DNA of 64,000 nucleotides from Candidatus Binatia bacterium. GTDB taxonomy: Bacteria; Desulfobacterota; Binatia; UBA9968; JAJDTQ01. The notes under the pieces are model-generated. The model had not been told where the DNA came from. It saw only the letters and a program-made list of their open reading frames with translations, and ran no database searches. Position numbers and translations under genes: made by a program. Positions 41,060-50,090 of the stretch are shown in pieces. The stretch lies in contig OY762897.2 in the NCBI GenBank assembly GCA_963666515.2, positions 3,136,001-3,200,000 of the forward strand, written 5' to 3'. The first letter of the stretch is position 1. Every line of letters starts with the position of its first letter.

Positions 41060-41649
41060 ACGGCAATGCCGATTCCGTGCCGGGCCAGAACATCTGGCAA
41101 CTCAGGATGATCCACCAGTTCTCCCGCTTCAGTGGAAGTGAGCTGCGCTATCCCGCGGTCGAACACCGCATAGACATCCTCCCCAGTCAAGCGAGAGGCA
41201 TAGAGCAAGCCGTCGACATCGGTGTGTTCCGCGTAGAGGACCTTGGCGAAAGCGCGCCCCGCTGCGTGGTTCCGGGCATGGACTACATCGGTCGGGGCAC
41301 CGATCCGTGTGCACCCGTCTCCGCGAAGATCCAGCAAGGTCAGCACCGCTCCGGATTGCGCCGAGATGCCTACCCAGATCCGCTCCGTGATCTCCTTCAA
41401 CCTGACGACACGTGCCCGTCGTTGCGTAAACCTGTCCCTTACCACCGTTTCGATAAAGGCGGTGGCAAAATCGGGCGACCCATAAAGGACGGTGTAGCCA
41501 GCGTTGCGCGAACAAAACCGGGAGTCCGCCGGGCTGGTTCCAAGCGGCGATGCCCGATAGCGGCTTGGCGCGATACGGTAGCTGTCAGGAAAGGCGGCCT
41601 TCAGGATTACGGACCGAATCCTGTGCCGAGGATAGCTGGGTCTGCTCAC
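41050..41649 (-). CDS. RES domain toxin (NAD+-targeting family)
   Basis: SRF...YTVLY...IET...GLLYASRL. Confidence 0.85.
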
Positions 41650-42209
41650 GTGAAAGTGACGCCAAATCCGGGGGCCGCATCCAGCACCTCGTCAATACGG
41701 CCGGCGTCCAGCAATGCAAGAGGTTTCGCCGTCGTGTTTTCGAACGGCCACTCCTGGGTGAGAAACGCCCAAGCCAGTTCGGGGTCTCCGATAATGTCCA
41801 TGACCTCTGCCAAGCCGGAAACGACCCGACCGGGACCGAGGATCTGCGCCGCGGGAATGCTCAGTCCGCGCTTGGTTGACCTCCAGGCAAGTAGCGTCTT
41901 CTTTTCCACCCAGTCATAGATCGTGGTGCGCGATACCCTGAGCCGTGTTGCCGCCTCTGAAACGCCGAGAATGGCGTCGCTGCCACTTCGACGAACGACA
42001 AACGGCTTCAGCTTTTCCGGCACGTCAACGACGGCGCCCCTGTCGTCGGCATCGCATCGCGCCGCCGCCGTTTCCAGGGCGACGGCCACGGCCAAACGCG
42101 CTTCGCGAGGGTGATAGCGAACAAAGTCCCTGGCACTGCTCGACAGGCCTGCCAATCCCTCTACGAGAAACCCGACCGATTCCCTCACTGATTCCTTGGA
42201 GTTGGCCAT
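41646..42209 (-). CDS. Xre/MbcA/ParS-like antitoxin with excisionase-type HTH
   Basis: GVSEAATRLRVSRTTIYDW, AWAFL...PLALLDAG; coupled to the RES gene. Confidence 0.8.
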   Translation of the reverse strand: MANSKESVRESVGFLVEGLAGLSSSARDFVRYHPREARLAVAVALETAAARCDADDRGAVVDVPEKLKPFVVRRSGSDAILGVSEAATRLRVSRTTIYDWVEKKTLLAWRSTKRGLSIPAAQILGPGRVVSGLAEVMDIIGDPELAWAFLTQEWPFENTTAKPLALLDAGRIDEVLDAAPGFGVTFT

Positions 42210-42247
42210 ACCGTCCCCGCTTCCTGGTTGATAGGGACCACGATAGC

Positions 42248-42267
42248 TTACAATGTCCAGTTTGTAA
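42248..42267. promoter_or_regulatory. Candidate TA operator
   Basis: TTACAA-N8-TTGTAA, about 40 bp upstream of the antitoxin. Confidence 0.45.
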
Positions 42268-42278
42268 AGTATGTAGGG

Positions 42279-42509
42279 CTATACCTGCTGGGCGGCGTAG
42301 GCGCGGGCGCACTCTTCGCTGCAGAAGTAGTGGCCGCCGGAGCGGTAGGCTTCGTTCTTGGGGACGTAGCTCTTGCAGTGGGGGTCGAGGACCATGGACT
42401 CGCCCTGGGAGGGGTCGGAGGCGCTCTTGCCCTTGCGTTTCAGGCTCGAGTAGATCAGCACCAGGAACAGGTAGGCCAGCAGGCCCAGTATCAGAAACTT
42501 GAGGAACAT
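42279..42509 (-). CDS. Small membrane-anchored TRASH/YHS-like protein
   Basis: N-terminal TM helix; MVLDPHC...YFCSEEC. Confidence 0.75.
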   Translation of the reverse strand: MFLKFLILGLLAYLFLVLIYSSLKRKGKSASDPSQGESMVLDPHCKSYVPKNEAYRSGGHYFCSEECARAYAAQQV

Positions 42510-42548
42510 GGCAGCGGCACCGTCAATGACGCTCGCGGTTCGTGCGGC

Positions 42549-43046
42549 TCACGGAGAGGCCATCTCCCGGACCTGTCCGTCGTCCTCGACCCGGGCCAGC
42601 AGGTTCCGTATATCGACGCTCAGACGCGGGTGCCTGAGGTCCGGCGCGATCTCGCACAGCGGCGCCAGCACGAACCGGCGGCGGTGAAGCTCCGGGTGCG
42701 GAACAATCAACCCGGGTCCTTCCAACACCATATCATCGAACAGGAGGATGTCCAGATCGATGATCCGGTCGGCCCAGCGTTGCGGGCCGGGCCGGCGGCC
42801 CAGCTCCCTTTCGAGGGACTGGCAGTGCCGCAGGAGGGTCTCCGGGGCCAGGCCCGTATCGACGGCCACGACCCCGTTGACGTACCACTCGGTGCTGGCG
42901 ACGCCCCACGGCTCGGTGGCGAACCAGGACGAGACCTGGCGCACCCGGGTGTCCGGGAACCGTCCGATCCCGCTGACCGCTCGGCGGCAGTTCTCCTGCT
43001 TGCTTCCCTGGTTCGAGCCCACCCCGATGTAGGCGCGGCGGTCCAC
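42549..43046 (-). CDS. folK: HPPK (folate biosynthesis)
   Basis: YIGVGSN, RIIDLDIL, PHPEL, RRFVLAPL. Confidence 0.95.
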   Translation of the reverse strand: MDRRAYIGVGSNQGSKQENCRRAVSGIGRFPDTRVRQVSSWFATEPWGVASTEWYVNGVVAVDTGLAPETLLRHCQSLERELGRRPGPQRWADRIIDLDILLFDDMVLEGPGLIVPHPELHRRRFVLAPLCEIAPDLRHPRLSVDIRNLLARVEDDGQVREMASP

Positions 43047-43053
43047 GGTCCTG

Positions 43054-44217
43054 CTAAAGGCTGAGTTGCTGGAGCCGCTCCACGGCTTCTTTCAGCCGCT
43101 CGGCCGGAGAGCACAGGGTCATGCGGATGAAGCCCTCGCCGGGCTCGCCGAAACCGTTGCCGGGGGTGGTGACGATGCCGGCCTCGTCCAGGAGCCGGGC
43201 TGTGAAGTCCGCGGAGGTCCATCCGCCGGGCACGGGCAGCCAGACGTAGAAGGTGGCCCGGGGCGCGGGAAGCTCGAAGCCGGCCCGGTGGAGGCCGTCC
43301 ATCACGGTGTCCCGCCGCTCCTGGTACACTTCGCGGATGGGCTCCAGGAACTCCTCGGCGTGCTCCAGGGCGAGGATGGCCGCCTCCTGCACGGGCTGGA
43401 AGACCCCCGAGTCCACGTTTCCCTTCACCTGCGCCAGCGTCCCCACCAGTTCCGGGCAGCCTACCGCCATGGCGATGCGCCAGCCGGTCATGTTGAAGGT
43501 CTTGGACAGCGAGTGGAACTCGATGGCGACTTCCTTCGCTCCGTCCACCTGCAGGATGCTCGGCGCGCGATAGCCGTCGAAGCCCAGCTCCGTGTAGGCC
43601 GCGTCGTGGCACAGGACGATCTTGTGCCGGTGTGCGAAGTCCACTGCTTCCTTGAGGAAGCTCTCCTCCGCCACCGCGCCGGTGGGGTTGTTGGGATAGT
43701 TGATCCAGAGCATCTTCGCCCGCTCGAGCACGTCCGCAGGGATGCTCGACAGGTCGGGCAGGAACCCGTTCTCGCGCCGGAGCGGCAGGAAGAACACCTC
43801 GCCGCCGTTGAAGTTCGTGCCGATCTCGTACACCGGATAGGCGGGCGTGGGCACCAGCACCACGTCGCCGGGGTCCACGTAGGCCACCGCCATGTTGGCC
43901 ACGCCTTCCTTGGAGCCGATGAGCGAAACCACCTCGGTTGCGGCGTCGAGGGTCACGCCGAAGCGCCGCCCGTACCAGTCGGCTACCGCCTGGCGGAACT
44001 CCATCATTCCCGCGCTGCTGGGATAGCGGTGGTTGGCGGGCTTCGTCACGGCCTCGGTAAGCCTCTGGACGATCCTCCCGGGCGTGGGGAGGTCGGGGTC
44101 CCCGATGCCCAGGTCGATCAGGTCCACTCCCTTGGCCAAGGCGGCGCGCTTCTTCCGGTCGATCTCGGCGAACAGGTACGGCGGCAACTCCTGGATGCGT
44201 CTGGCCTTGTTGAACAT
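43054..44217 (-). CDS. dapL: LL-diaminopimelate aminotransferase
   Basis: LPPYLFAEID, LGIGDPD, NYPNNPTG, HSLSKTFNMTGWR. Confidence 0.85.
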   Translation of the reverse strand: MFNKARRIQELPPYLFAEIDRKKRAALAKGVDLIDLGIGDPDLPTPGRIVQRLTEAVTKPANHRYPSSAGMMEFRQAVADWYGRRFGVTLDAATEVVSLIGSKEGVANMAVAYVDPGDVVLVPTPAYPVYEIGTNFNGGEVFFLPLRRENGFLPDLSSIPADVLERAKMLWINYPNNPTGAVAEESFLKEAVDFAHRHKIVLCHDAAYTELGFDGYRAPSILQVDGAKEVAIEFHSLSKTFNMTGWRIAMAVGCPELVGTLAQVKGNVDSGVFQPVQEAAILALEHAEEFLEPIREVYQERRDTVMDGLHRAGFELPAPRATFYVWLPVPGGWTSADFTARLLDEAGIVTTPGNGFGEPGEGFIRMTLCSPAERLKEAVERLQQLSL

Positions 44218-44426
44218 GACTCGCGACTCGCTTTCTACTTGATGGGTTGGTGGTTCGAGCCTCGTGCGGTTCCCCGCGCCGGCCCGAAGCCGGGACTGTG
44301 TCGGATGAAGGCGAGCTTACAACATTTCGCGCGTCCTGGTGAAACCCTGGCCTCATGTTCGCGCCGATCTACGGAAACAGGTATATTTTGACACTCCTCG
44401 TCCAAACTCCGACGGAGAATCCACCG

Positions 44427-44942
44427 ATGCCCTTCCATATCGTGGTCGACGGCTACAACGTCATCGGCAGTCAACAGGGTCTGCGCGGCGACCTGGAGCA
44501 GAAGCGGGCCGATCTCGTGAAGGAGGCGGCGCGTTACCAAGCGCGCACCGGCCATTCTCTGACCACCGTCTTCGACGGTTGGCGCGCCGGCCGAACCGAG
44601 GAGACGCGCCAGCAGGTCGGGGAGGTGACCGTGGTGTTCTCTCGCTACGGGGAGAAGGCCGATGCGGTCATCGAACGCCTGGCCCGCGAGTTGGGCGCCA
44701 CGTGCATCGTGGTGACCTCCGACCGGGACCTGCGCAAGAGCGTGGAGAGCAGCGGTGCCGTGGCCGCGTACGTTGGCGAGTTTCTTGCGAAGATGAGGGC
44801 GGATCCGGCGGCCCTCGATGCCGTGGAGGATGACGAGGAATACGAAGCCCCCCCACGCAACGTCGACGGACGGAAGAAAGGTAACCCGCGGCGTCTCTCC
44901 AAGGCCGAGCGGGTGCGCCGCGAACGCCTCGCCAAGCTCTGA
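44427..44942 (+). CDS. NYN/YacP-like ribonuclease
   Basis: VDGYNV, VFDG, ADAVI, VTSD. Confidence 0.85.
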   Translation: MPFHIVVDGYNVIGSQQGLRGDLEQKRADLVKEAARYQARTGHSLTTVFDGWRAGRTEETRQQVGEVTVVFSRYGEKADAVIERLARELGATCIVVTSDRDLRKSVESSGAVAAYVGEFLAKMRADPAALDAVEDDEEYEAPPRNVDGRKKGNPRRLSKAERVRRERLAKL

Positions 44943-44962
44943 AGACGCCGGCCCCGCCCCGC

Positions 44963-44991
44963 CTGGATTCCGGCTTTCGCCGGAATGACGG
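44963..44991. repeat. Palindromic repeat CTGGATTCCGGCTTTCGCCGGAATGACGG, intergenic copy
   Basis: 29 bp identical to 50872-50900; hairpin ATTCCGGC-TTTC-GCCGGAAT; between convergent genes. Confidence 0.85.
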
Positions 44992-45061
44992 CTTCGGGCG
45001 TACCGCTACTTTCGCGCCGATGACGGGCTCGGACTCCTGTTCGGAAGCGGGGGCCGGAGGT

Positions 45062-45814
45062 TCAGTTTTCGGAGAACGTCAGGCCGTCGCGTTCGTTGTC
45101 CAGTTCCCGGTCCATGAAGTCCACCACCAGGGGAAAGGCGAGCTTGGCGGTGTGAGGATGGTAACCCTCGGTGCCGGGGTCCACGAAGCCGTGGCCGCCG
45201 AAGGGGAAGAAGTGCCACTCCAGCGGCTGGCCGTTGGCGAGGAAGCTCTCCCACACCTTCTGCTGGATCGGCACGGTGGAGATGCGGTCGTCGACGCCGT
45301 ACAGGATGATGGACGGACACCGGATCTTGCGGGCGGCGTCGTAGGGGTGGACCGGGCGGAACTCGGTAGTCGGCTCCTCCCGCACCGTGGGGTAGTAGCC
45401 GACGAAGGCCCGGACCTCGGGAGTGGCGGCGACGAAATGGATGGCGATGCGCCCGCCCATGCAGTATCCGGACACGGCCACGCGGCCGGCGTCCACGTCG
45501 TTCCGGGACGTGAGATAGTCCCACCCCTGGCGGATGACCCGGACGAAATCCGCATCCTTCGTGCGCGCCTGGATCTGCCGGCCGGTGTGAATATGGGTCA
45601 CGTCGGGATAACCGAGCAGCGAGTACAGTTCGGGCACCACCACGGTGTAGCCGAGATGGGCGAACTTCAGCGCCTCGATCTTGAGATAGTCGGTGAGCCC
45701 GGTGTTCTGGTGCGTCATGAGCAGGGCCGGACCCGGCGTGTCTCGTTCCGGCGCGGCCAGATAGCCGTAGATGCCGTCTCTTTCGGGCGTGAGGACGCGT
45801 TCGTGTACTTTCAT
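45062..45814 (-). CDS. Dienelactone hydrolase family protein
   Basis: GYCMGG nucleophile motif, HGF. Confidence 0.88.
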   Translation of the reverse strand: MKVHERVLTPERDGIYGYLAAPERDTPGPALLMTHQNTGLTDYLKIEALKFAHLGYTVVVPELYSLLGYPDVTHIHTGRQIQARTKDADFVRVIRQGWDYLTSRNDVDAGRVAVSGYCMGGRIAIHFVAATPEVRAFVGYYPTVREEPTTEFRPVHPYDAARKIRCPSIILYGVDDRISTVPIQQKVWESFLANGQPLEWHFFPFGGHGFVDPGTEGYHPHTAKLAFPLVVDFMDRELDNERDGLTFSEN

Positions 45815-45843
45815 GGCATGGAGCAGAGTGACGGGAGGCGTGG

Positions 45844-45920
45844 TGGTTGCGGGGGGTGGATTTGAACCACCGACCTCAAGGTTATGAGCCTTGCGAGCTA
45901 CCGGGCTGCTCCACCCCGCA
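45844..45920 (-). tRNA. tRNA-Met(CAT), initiator-like
   Basis: TGCGGGGTGGAGCAGCCCGGTAGCTCGCAAGGCT-CAT-AACCTTG...GGTTCAAATCC...CCGCAACCA; A11:U24 pair. Confidence 0.95.
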
Positions 45921-45976
45921 GGATGGTTGTAGCCCGTCGGTGTGGCGGTGTCAACCGAAGCGGGAATCGGGCCGTT

Positions 45977-46471
45977 TTACGGCCGGGGGAACTTCTCCAG
46001 AAGCTGATCGAGCACCACCTCCGGGACGAACGCGGCCACGTCGCCGCCCAGTCCGGCGACCTCCTTGACCAGCCGCGAGCTGATGTAGAAGGACGACTCG
46101 CTCGTCATCATGAAGAAGGTCTCGATATTCGGCTTGAGCCGGCGGTTCATGGTCGCCATCTGAAACTCGTACTCGAAGTCCGACACCGCGCGGAGCCCGC
46201 GAATGACAACCTTGGCCGACACGGCCTCGGCATAGTCCACCAGCAGGCCCTCGAAGCTGTCCACGCGCACGCGCTGCTCGGACTCGAAGACCTTCCGCAC
46301 CGTGGCCATGCGCTCTTCCACCGAAAAGAGGGTACGCCCCTTGTCCTGGTTGCGCGCGATGGCGATGATCACTTGGTCGAAGATTCGGAGCGTTCGCCGC
46401 ACCAGGTCGATGTGCCCGTTGGTGATGGGATCGAACGATCCCGGATAGACCGCTACGCTGATTTCCGCCAT
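45977..46471 (-). CDS. coaD: Phosphopantetheine adenylyltransferase
   Basis: YPGSFDPITNGH, RGLRAVSDFEYE, ISSRLVKE. Confidence 0.97.
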   Translation of the reverse strand: MAEISVAVYPGSFDPITNGHIDLVRRTLRIFDQVIIAIARNQDKGRTLFSVEERMATVRKVFESEQRVRVDSFEGLLVDYAEAVSAKVVIRGLRAVSDFEYEFQMATMNRRLKPNIETFFMMTSESSFYISSRLVKEVAGLGGDVAAFVPEVVLDQLLEKFPRP

Positions 46472-46478
46472 GTAGAAC

Positions 46479-47039
46479 CTAACCTTGGTTGTCGAGTCCG
46501 AAGAAGGACAGCACCGTGTCGCCGTAGCGCCGCCGGTCGCGGCGCACCAGGGCGCCGTACCGCTCCCCGACTCTTTCCCTCACGCTGTGCTCCGCCACCG
46601 TGACGCCTCCGGCCTGGAGCGTCCGGCCCTGTGAGATCATCGCCAACGCCTTCTCCACCCAGCCGCCGTCGTACGGCGGATCGAGAAGAATGGTGTCGTA
46701 CGCCGCGCCCTCGTCCGCCAGCCGGCTCAAGGCCCTGCCCACCGGCGTCACCCAGACCCGCGCCTGGTCCGAGAACCCGAGCGTTTCGAGGTTCCCGCGG
46801 ATCAGGCCCGCCGCCTCCTCCGACTCGTCCACCAGCAGCGCCGACGCCGCTCCCCGGCTCAATGCCTCCAGGGACAGGCTACCGCTCCCCGCGAAGAGGT
46901 CCAGCACGCGCTGCCCGGAAAGGTCTCGCGGGAGGATGTTGAACAGCGCCTCCCTCACCCGGTCGGCGGTGGGACGGATGGAGCTTCCCTTGGGCGCCTT
47001 GATCCTTCTTCCCCGCGCTGTGCCCCCGATGATGCGCAT
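46479..47039 (-). CDS. rsmD: 16S rRNA m2G966 methyltransferase
   Basis: MRIIGG, RPTADRVREALF, DLFAGSG, DPPY. Confidence 0.95.
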   Translation of the reverse strand: MRIIGGTARGRRIKAPKGSSIRPTADRVREALFNILPRDLSGQRVLDLFAGSGSLSLEALSRGAASALLVDESEEAAGLIRGNLETLGFSDQARVWVTPVGRALSRLADEGAAYDTILLDPPYDGGWVEKALAMISQGRTLQAGGVTVAEHSVRERVGERYGALVRRDRRRYGDTVLSFFGLDNQG

Positions 47040-47076
47040 GCCGCGCTGCTCTACCTCGCGTGGCGCCCGCCACGGA

Positions 47077-47099
47077 GGGCGACCGCCGGTCGCCCCTAC
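47077..47099. repeat. GTAG-type REP, single copy
   Basis: GGGCGACCGCCGGTCGCCCCTAC, near-identical to the REPs at 62455-62524. Confidence 0.75.
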
Positions 47100-47168
47100 C
47101 GGTCATCGCGTCTTGCCGGCAACGGCAAATCCTGCGCAGCCTGGTAAAAAACGATCCGGGACACGACG

Positions 47169-48203
47169 CTACCCCGGCAGCAGGACGATCTTGCCGAACT
47201 GTTGGCCGGTCTCCAGCCTGGTCTGGGCCGCGGCGGCTTCCGCCAGCGGGAAGGTCCGGTCGATCACCGGTTTGACCCTTGCCGCCTCGACGAACCGCAG
47301 CACCTGCTCGAACTCTTCGCGGCTGCCCAGGGTGGAGCCGAAGATGCTGAGGTGGTTCCAGAAGATCCGGCGGATGTCCGTCGGCGGCGTGGCGCCGGTG
47401 GTGGCGCCGCAGGTCACCAGCCGCCCACCCTTGACGAGCGCCGCGAGGCTCTTGGCCCAGCTCTCGCCGCCCACGCAGTCCACCACCACGTCCACGCCCC
47501 GCTTGCCGGTGAGGTTGCGGATCTCACGGGTGAAGTCGCACTCCCGGTAGTTCAACCCGTAGTCGGCGCCCATCTCGCGGGCCCGGTCGAGCTTCTCATC
47601 GCTGCTCGACGTCACCGCCACCCAGGCGTTCATGGCCTTGGCGATCTGGAGCGCCGCCATGGCCACGCCGCCGCCGATGCCCAGGATGAGCACCTTCTCG
47701 CCGGGGGCGAGCCGGGCGTTGGTCACCAGCATGCGCCAGACCGTGATGAACACCAGCGGAAAGGCTGCGGCCTCCTCGAACCCGTAGCCCTCCGGGATGG
47801 GAAAGCAGTTGGCCGCGGGGATCGCCACGTACTCGGCGTAGGATCCGTTCATTCCCTCGCCGAGGACGCGCAGGCGGACGCACATGTAGTCGCGGCTGGT
47901 GCGGCAGAACTCGCAGGCGCCGCAGCCCACCGGCGGATACAGGCAGACTTCGTCACCCTGCTTGCAGTGGGTCACCTCGCTCCCCACCTCCTCCACCACG
48001 CCGGCGCCGTCGGCGCCGAGGATGTGTGGGAACTCCACCTTCATGCCGGTCAAACCCTTGCGGTTCCACAGGTCGATGTGGTTCAGGGACGCCGCGCGCA
48101 GGCGCACGATCACGTCTCCCGGCGACCGCAGGACCGGGTCGGGAGCTTCCTCGTAGCGGAGCTTGTCGGCCCCGCCGTACTCGTAAATCTGGACCGCTTT
48201 CAA
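47169..48203 (-). CDS. Zinc-binding (MDR) dehydrogenase / quinone oxidoreductase
   Basis: SLNHID, GADGAG, CGACEFC...C, GIGGGVA. Confidence 0.9.
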   Translation of the reverse strand: MKAVQIYEYGGADKLRYEEAPDPVLRSPGDVIVRLRAASLNHIDLWNRKGLTGMKVEFPHILGADGAGVVEEVGSEVTHCKQGDEVCLYPPVGCGACEFCRTSRDYMCVRLRVLGEGMNGSYAEYVAIPAANCFPIPEGYGFEEAAAFPLVFITVWRMLVTNARLAPGEKVLILGIGGGVAMAALQIAKAMNAWVAVTSSSDEKLDRAREMGADYGLNYRECDFTREIRNLTGKRGVDVVVDCVGGESWAKSLAALVKGGRLVTCGATTGATPPTDIRRIFWNHLSIFGSTLGSREEFEQVLRFVEAARVKPVIDRTFPLAEAAAAQTRLETGQQFGKIVLLPG

Positions 48204-48254
48204 GGTAACGACCTCGGAGAAACGTCGGCTCGGCTATGGGGGATGCGGCGGGCG

Positions 48255-48578
48255 TTACGCAGAAAAAGAGGTGCCGCAGCCGCAGGTGCCGGTGGCGTTG
48301 GGGTTGGAAAAGCGGAAGCTGGCGCCTTGCAACTCGCTCACGTAGTCGATGACCGTCCCTTCGAGCTGCTGCAGGATGGGTTTCTCGACGTAGACCTCCA
48401 GGCCTCCCATCTCGATCACCACGTCCTCCGGCCCGGGGCCGTCGTCGAAATCCAGCTTGTAGGAATAGCCGGAGCATCCGCCGGGCATCACCGATACCCG
48501 CAGCCCGCGGTCGGCGAGCCTTTCCCGCTCGCGGATCTTCTTGACGTGCGCGACCGCGGCATCGGTCAGGCGAAGCAT
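48255..48578 (-). CDS. IscA/HesB-type Fe-S carrier
   Basis: GGCSGYSY and CGCGTSF. Confidence 0.93.
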   Translation of the reverse strand: MLRLTDAAVAHVKKIRERERLADRGLRVSVMPGGCSGYSYKLDFDDGPGPEDVVIEMGGLEVYVEKPILQQLEGTVIDYVSELQGASFRFSNPNATGTCGCGTSFSA

Positions 48579-48628
48579 GTGCCCGTGACTCTCCACGGTC
48601 TGAAGTCTAGTCAACGGCTCCAGGCAAG

Positions 48629-50059
48629 TCAAGATTCCCGCTGCCGGAGGCCGGCCACGATCTTGTGCGGCAGGTCACCGAAGCTGCCGTTGGACATCAC
48701 CAGGACGATGTCTCCCTCCACCGCATCCCCGACTACGACCCGCGCGATGTCGTCGACGCCGGGCAGGTAGGAGGCCGCCCGGTCCCCGCGGCGGCGGTTG
48801 ATGGAGTCTACGAGATCCGCTGGGGAGAGGCGTTCCGCCTCGGGGATCTTTTCCGCATGGTACAGGTCGGGGAGGACGATGCGGTCCGCCCGGGCTAACG
48901 CCTCGGTGAACTCCGTGAGGAAAATCCGCCTCCGGCTGGTCTGGCTGCGGGGCTCGAAGACCGCCCACAGCCGGCGACCCGGCCAAGCCTCCCGCACGGC
49001 CGCCATGGTATCGGCCACCGCGGTAGGGTGGTGGGCGAAGTCGTCGATGACCAGCACGCCCGCGGCCTCGCCAACGACTTCCTGCCTCCGGCGCACCCCG
49101 CGGAAGGTCGCCAGGGCCGAGCGGATCACCGAAGGGCTCAGCCCGATCTCCCGCGCGGTGGCGTAGACCGCCAGCGCGTTGCCGGCGTTGTGGCGGCCGA
49201 TCAACGGGAGTTCCACCGGGTCCTCGACGGCGCCCCTGAAACAGGGAGTGAAGGTGATCCGGCCATCCCCGGCGCGGATATCGCGGGCCTGCCAGTCGGC
49301 CGAGTCGCCCGCGCCGTAGGACAGCACCGGACAGGCCGCCGCGCCCAGGATATCCATGGCGTTGGCAGCCTCGTCGCACACCAACAGGCTGCCGCCGGGC
49401 GGGATGATCTCCACCAAACGCCGGAACGCCTCCTTCACGTGCTCCAGATCCCGGTAGATGTCCGCGTGGTCGAATTCCAGGCTGGTGAGGATGACCTGCT
49501 CCGGCCGGTAGTGGAGGAACTTCGGCCCCTTGTCGAAGAAGGCGCTGTCGTATTCGTCGCCCTCCATGACCACCCAGGAGCCCGCGCCCGAGTGGAACCC
49601 GCTGCCGAAGTTCACCGGGATGCCGCCGATGAAGAAGCTCGGGTCGAGCCCCGCGGCCACCAGCACCCAGGACATCAGTGAGGTGGTGGTGGTCTTGCCG
49701 TGGGTTCCGGCCACCACCACCGAGCGCTTGCCGTCGATGAGGAAACGGCCCAAGGCCTGGGGCAACGAGACGTAGGGAAGGCCGCGTCGCAGCACGGCTT
49801 CTGCCTCGGGGTTGCCCCGGGACACGGCGTTGCCGATGACCACGAGGTCCGGGCGGTCGCTCACGTGCGCCTCGCTGAAACCGGGCAGGATGTCGATGCC
49901 GATGCTCTCCAGGAAGGTGCTCATGGGCGGGTAGACGTTCTCGTCCGAGCCGGTGATGCGGTAGCCTCGCTGCTTGAGCAGGCCGGCCAGGGAACCCGTG
50001 CCCACGCCGCAGACGGCGACGAAGTGGACGTGCGCCCCGGGACTCAGGTCGGGTCTCAT
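48629..50059 (-). CDS. mpl: Murein peptide ligase
   Basis: VYPPMST, GTHGKTTT, EGDEYDSAFFDK, DDFAHHPTA, SNGSFG. Confidence 0.92.
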   Translation of the reverse strand: MRPDLSPGAHVHFVAVCGVGTGSLAGLLKQRGYRITGSDENVYPPMSTFLESIGIDILPGFSEAHVSDRPDLVVIGNAVSRGNPEAEAVLRRGLPYVSLPQALGRFLIDGKRSVVVAGTHGKTTTTSLMSWVLVAAGLDPSFFIGGIPVNFGSGFHSGAGSWVVMEGDEYDSAFFDKGPKFLHYRPEQVILTSLEFDHADIYRDLEHVKEAFRRLVEIIPPGGSLLVCDEAANAMDILGAAACPVLSYGAGDSADWQARDIRAGDGRITFTPCFRGAVEDPVELPLIGRHNAGNALAVYATAREIGLSPSVIRSALATFRGVRRRQEVVGEAAGVLVIDDFAHHPTAVADTMAAVREAWPGRRLWAVFEPRSQTSRRRIFLTEFTEALARADRIVLPDLYHAEKIPEAERLSPADLVDSINRRRGDRAASYLPGVDDIARVVVGDAVEGDIVLVMSNGSFGDLPHKIVAGLRQRES

Positions 50060-50090
50060 GAAACGTGTGCTCCAGGGGCTGGCTCTGGAA

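Noticed and set aside
44218-44426. Lysine riboswitch upstream of dapL
   Set aside because: No recognisable consensus by eye; needs an Infernal scan
45815-45976. tRNA as integration site of an island
   Set aside because: No integrase and no duplicated tRNA 3' end seen in the window
48255-48578. HesB/IscA as a second selenoprotein
   Set aside because: All conserved positions are Cys codons; no in-frame TGA
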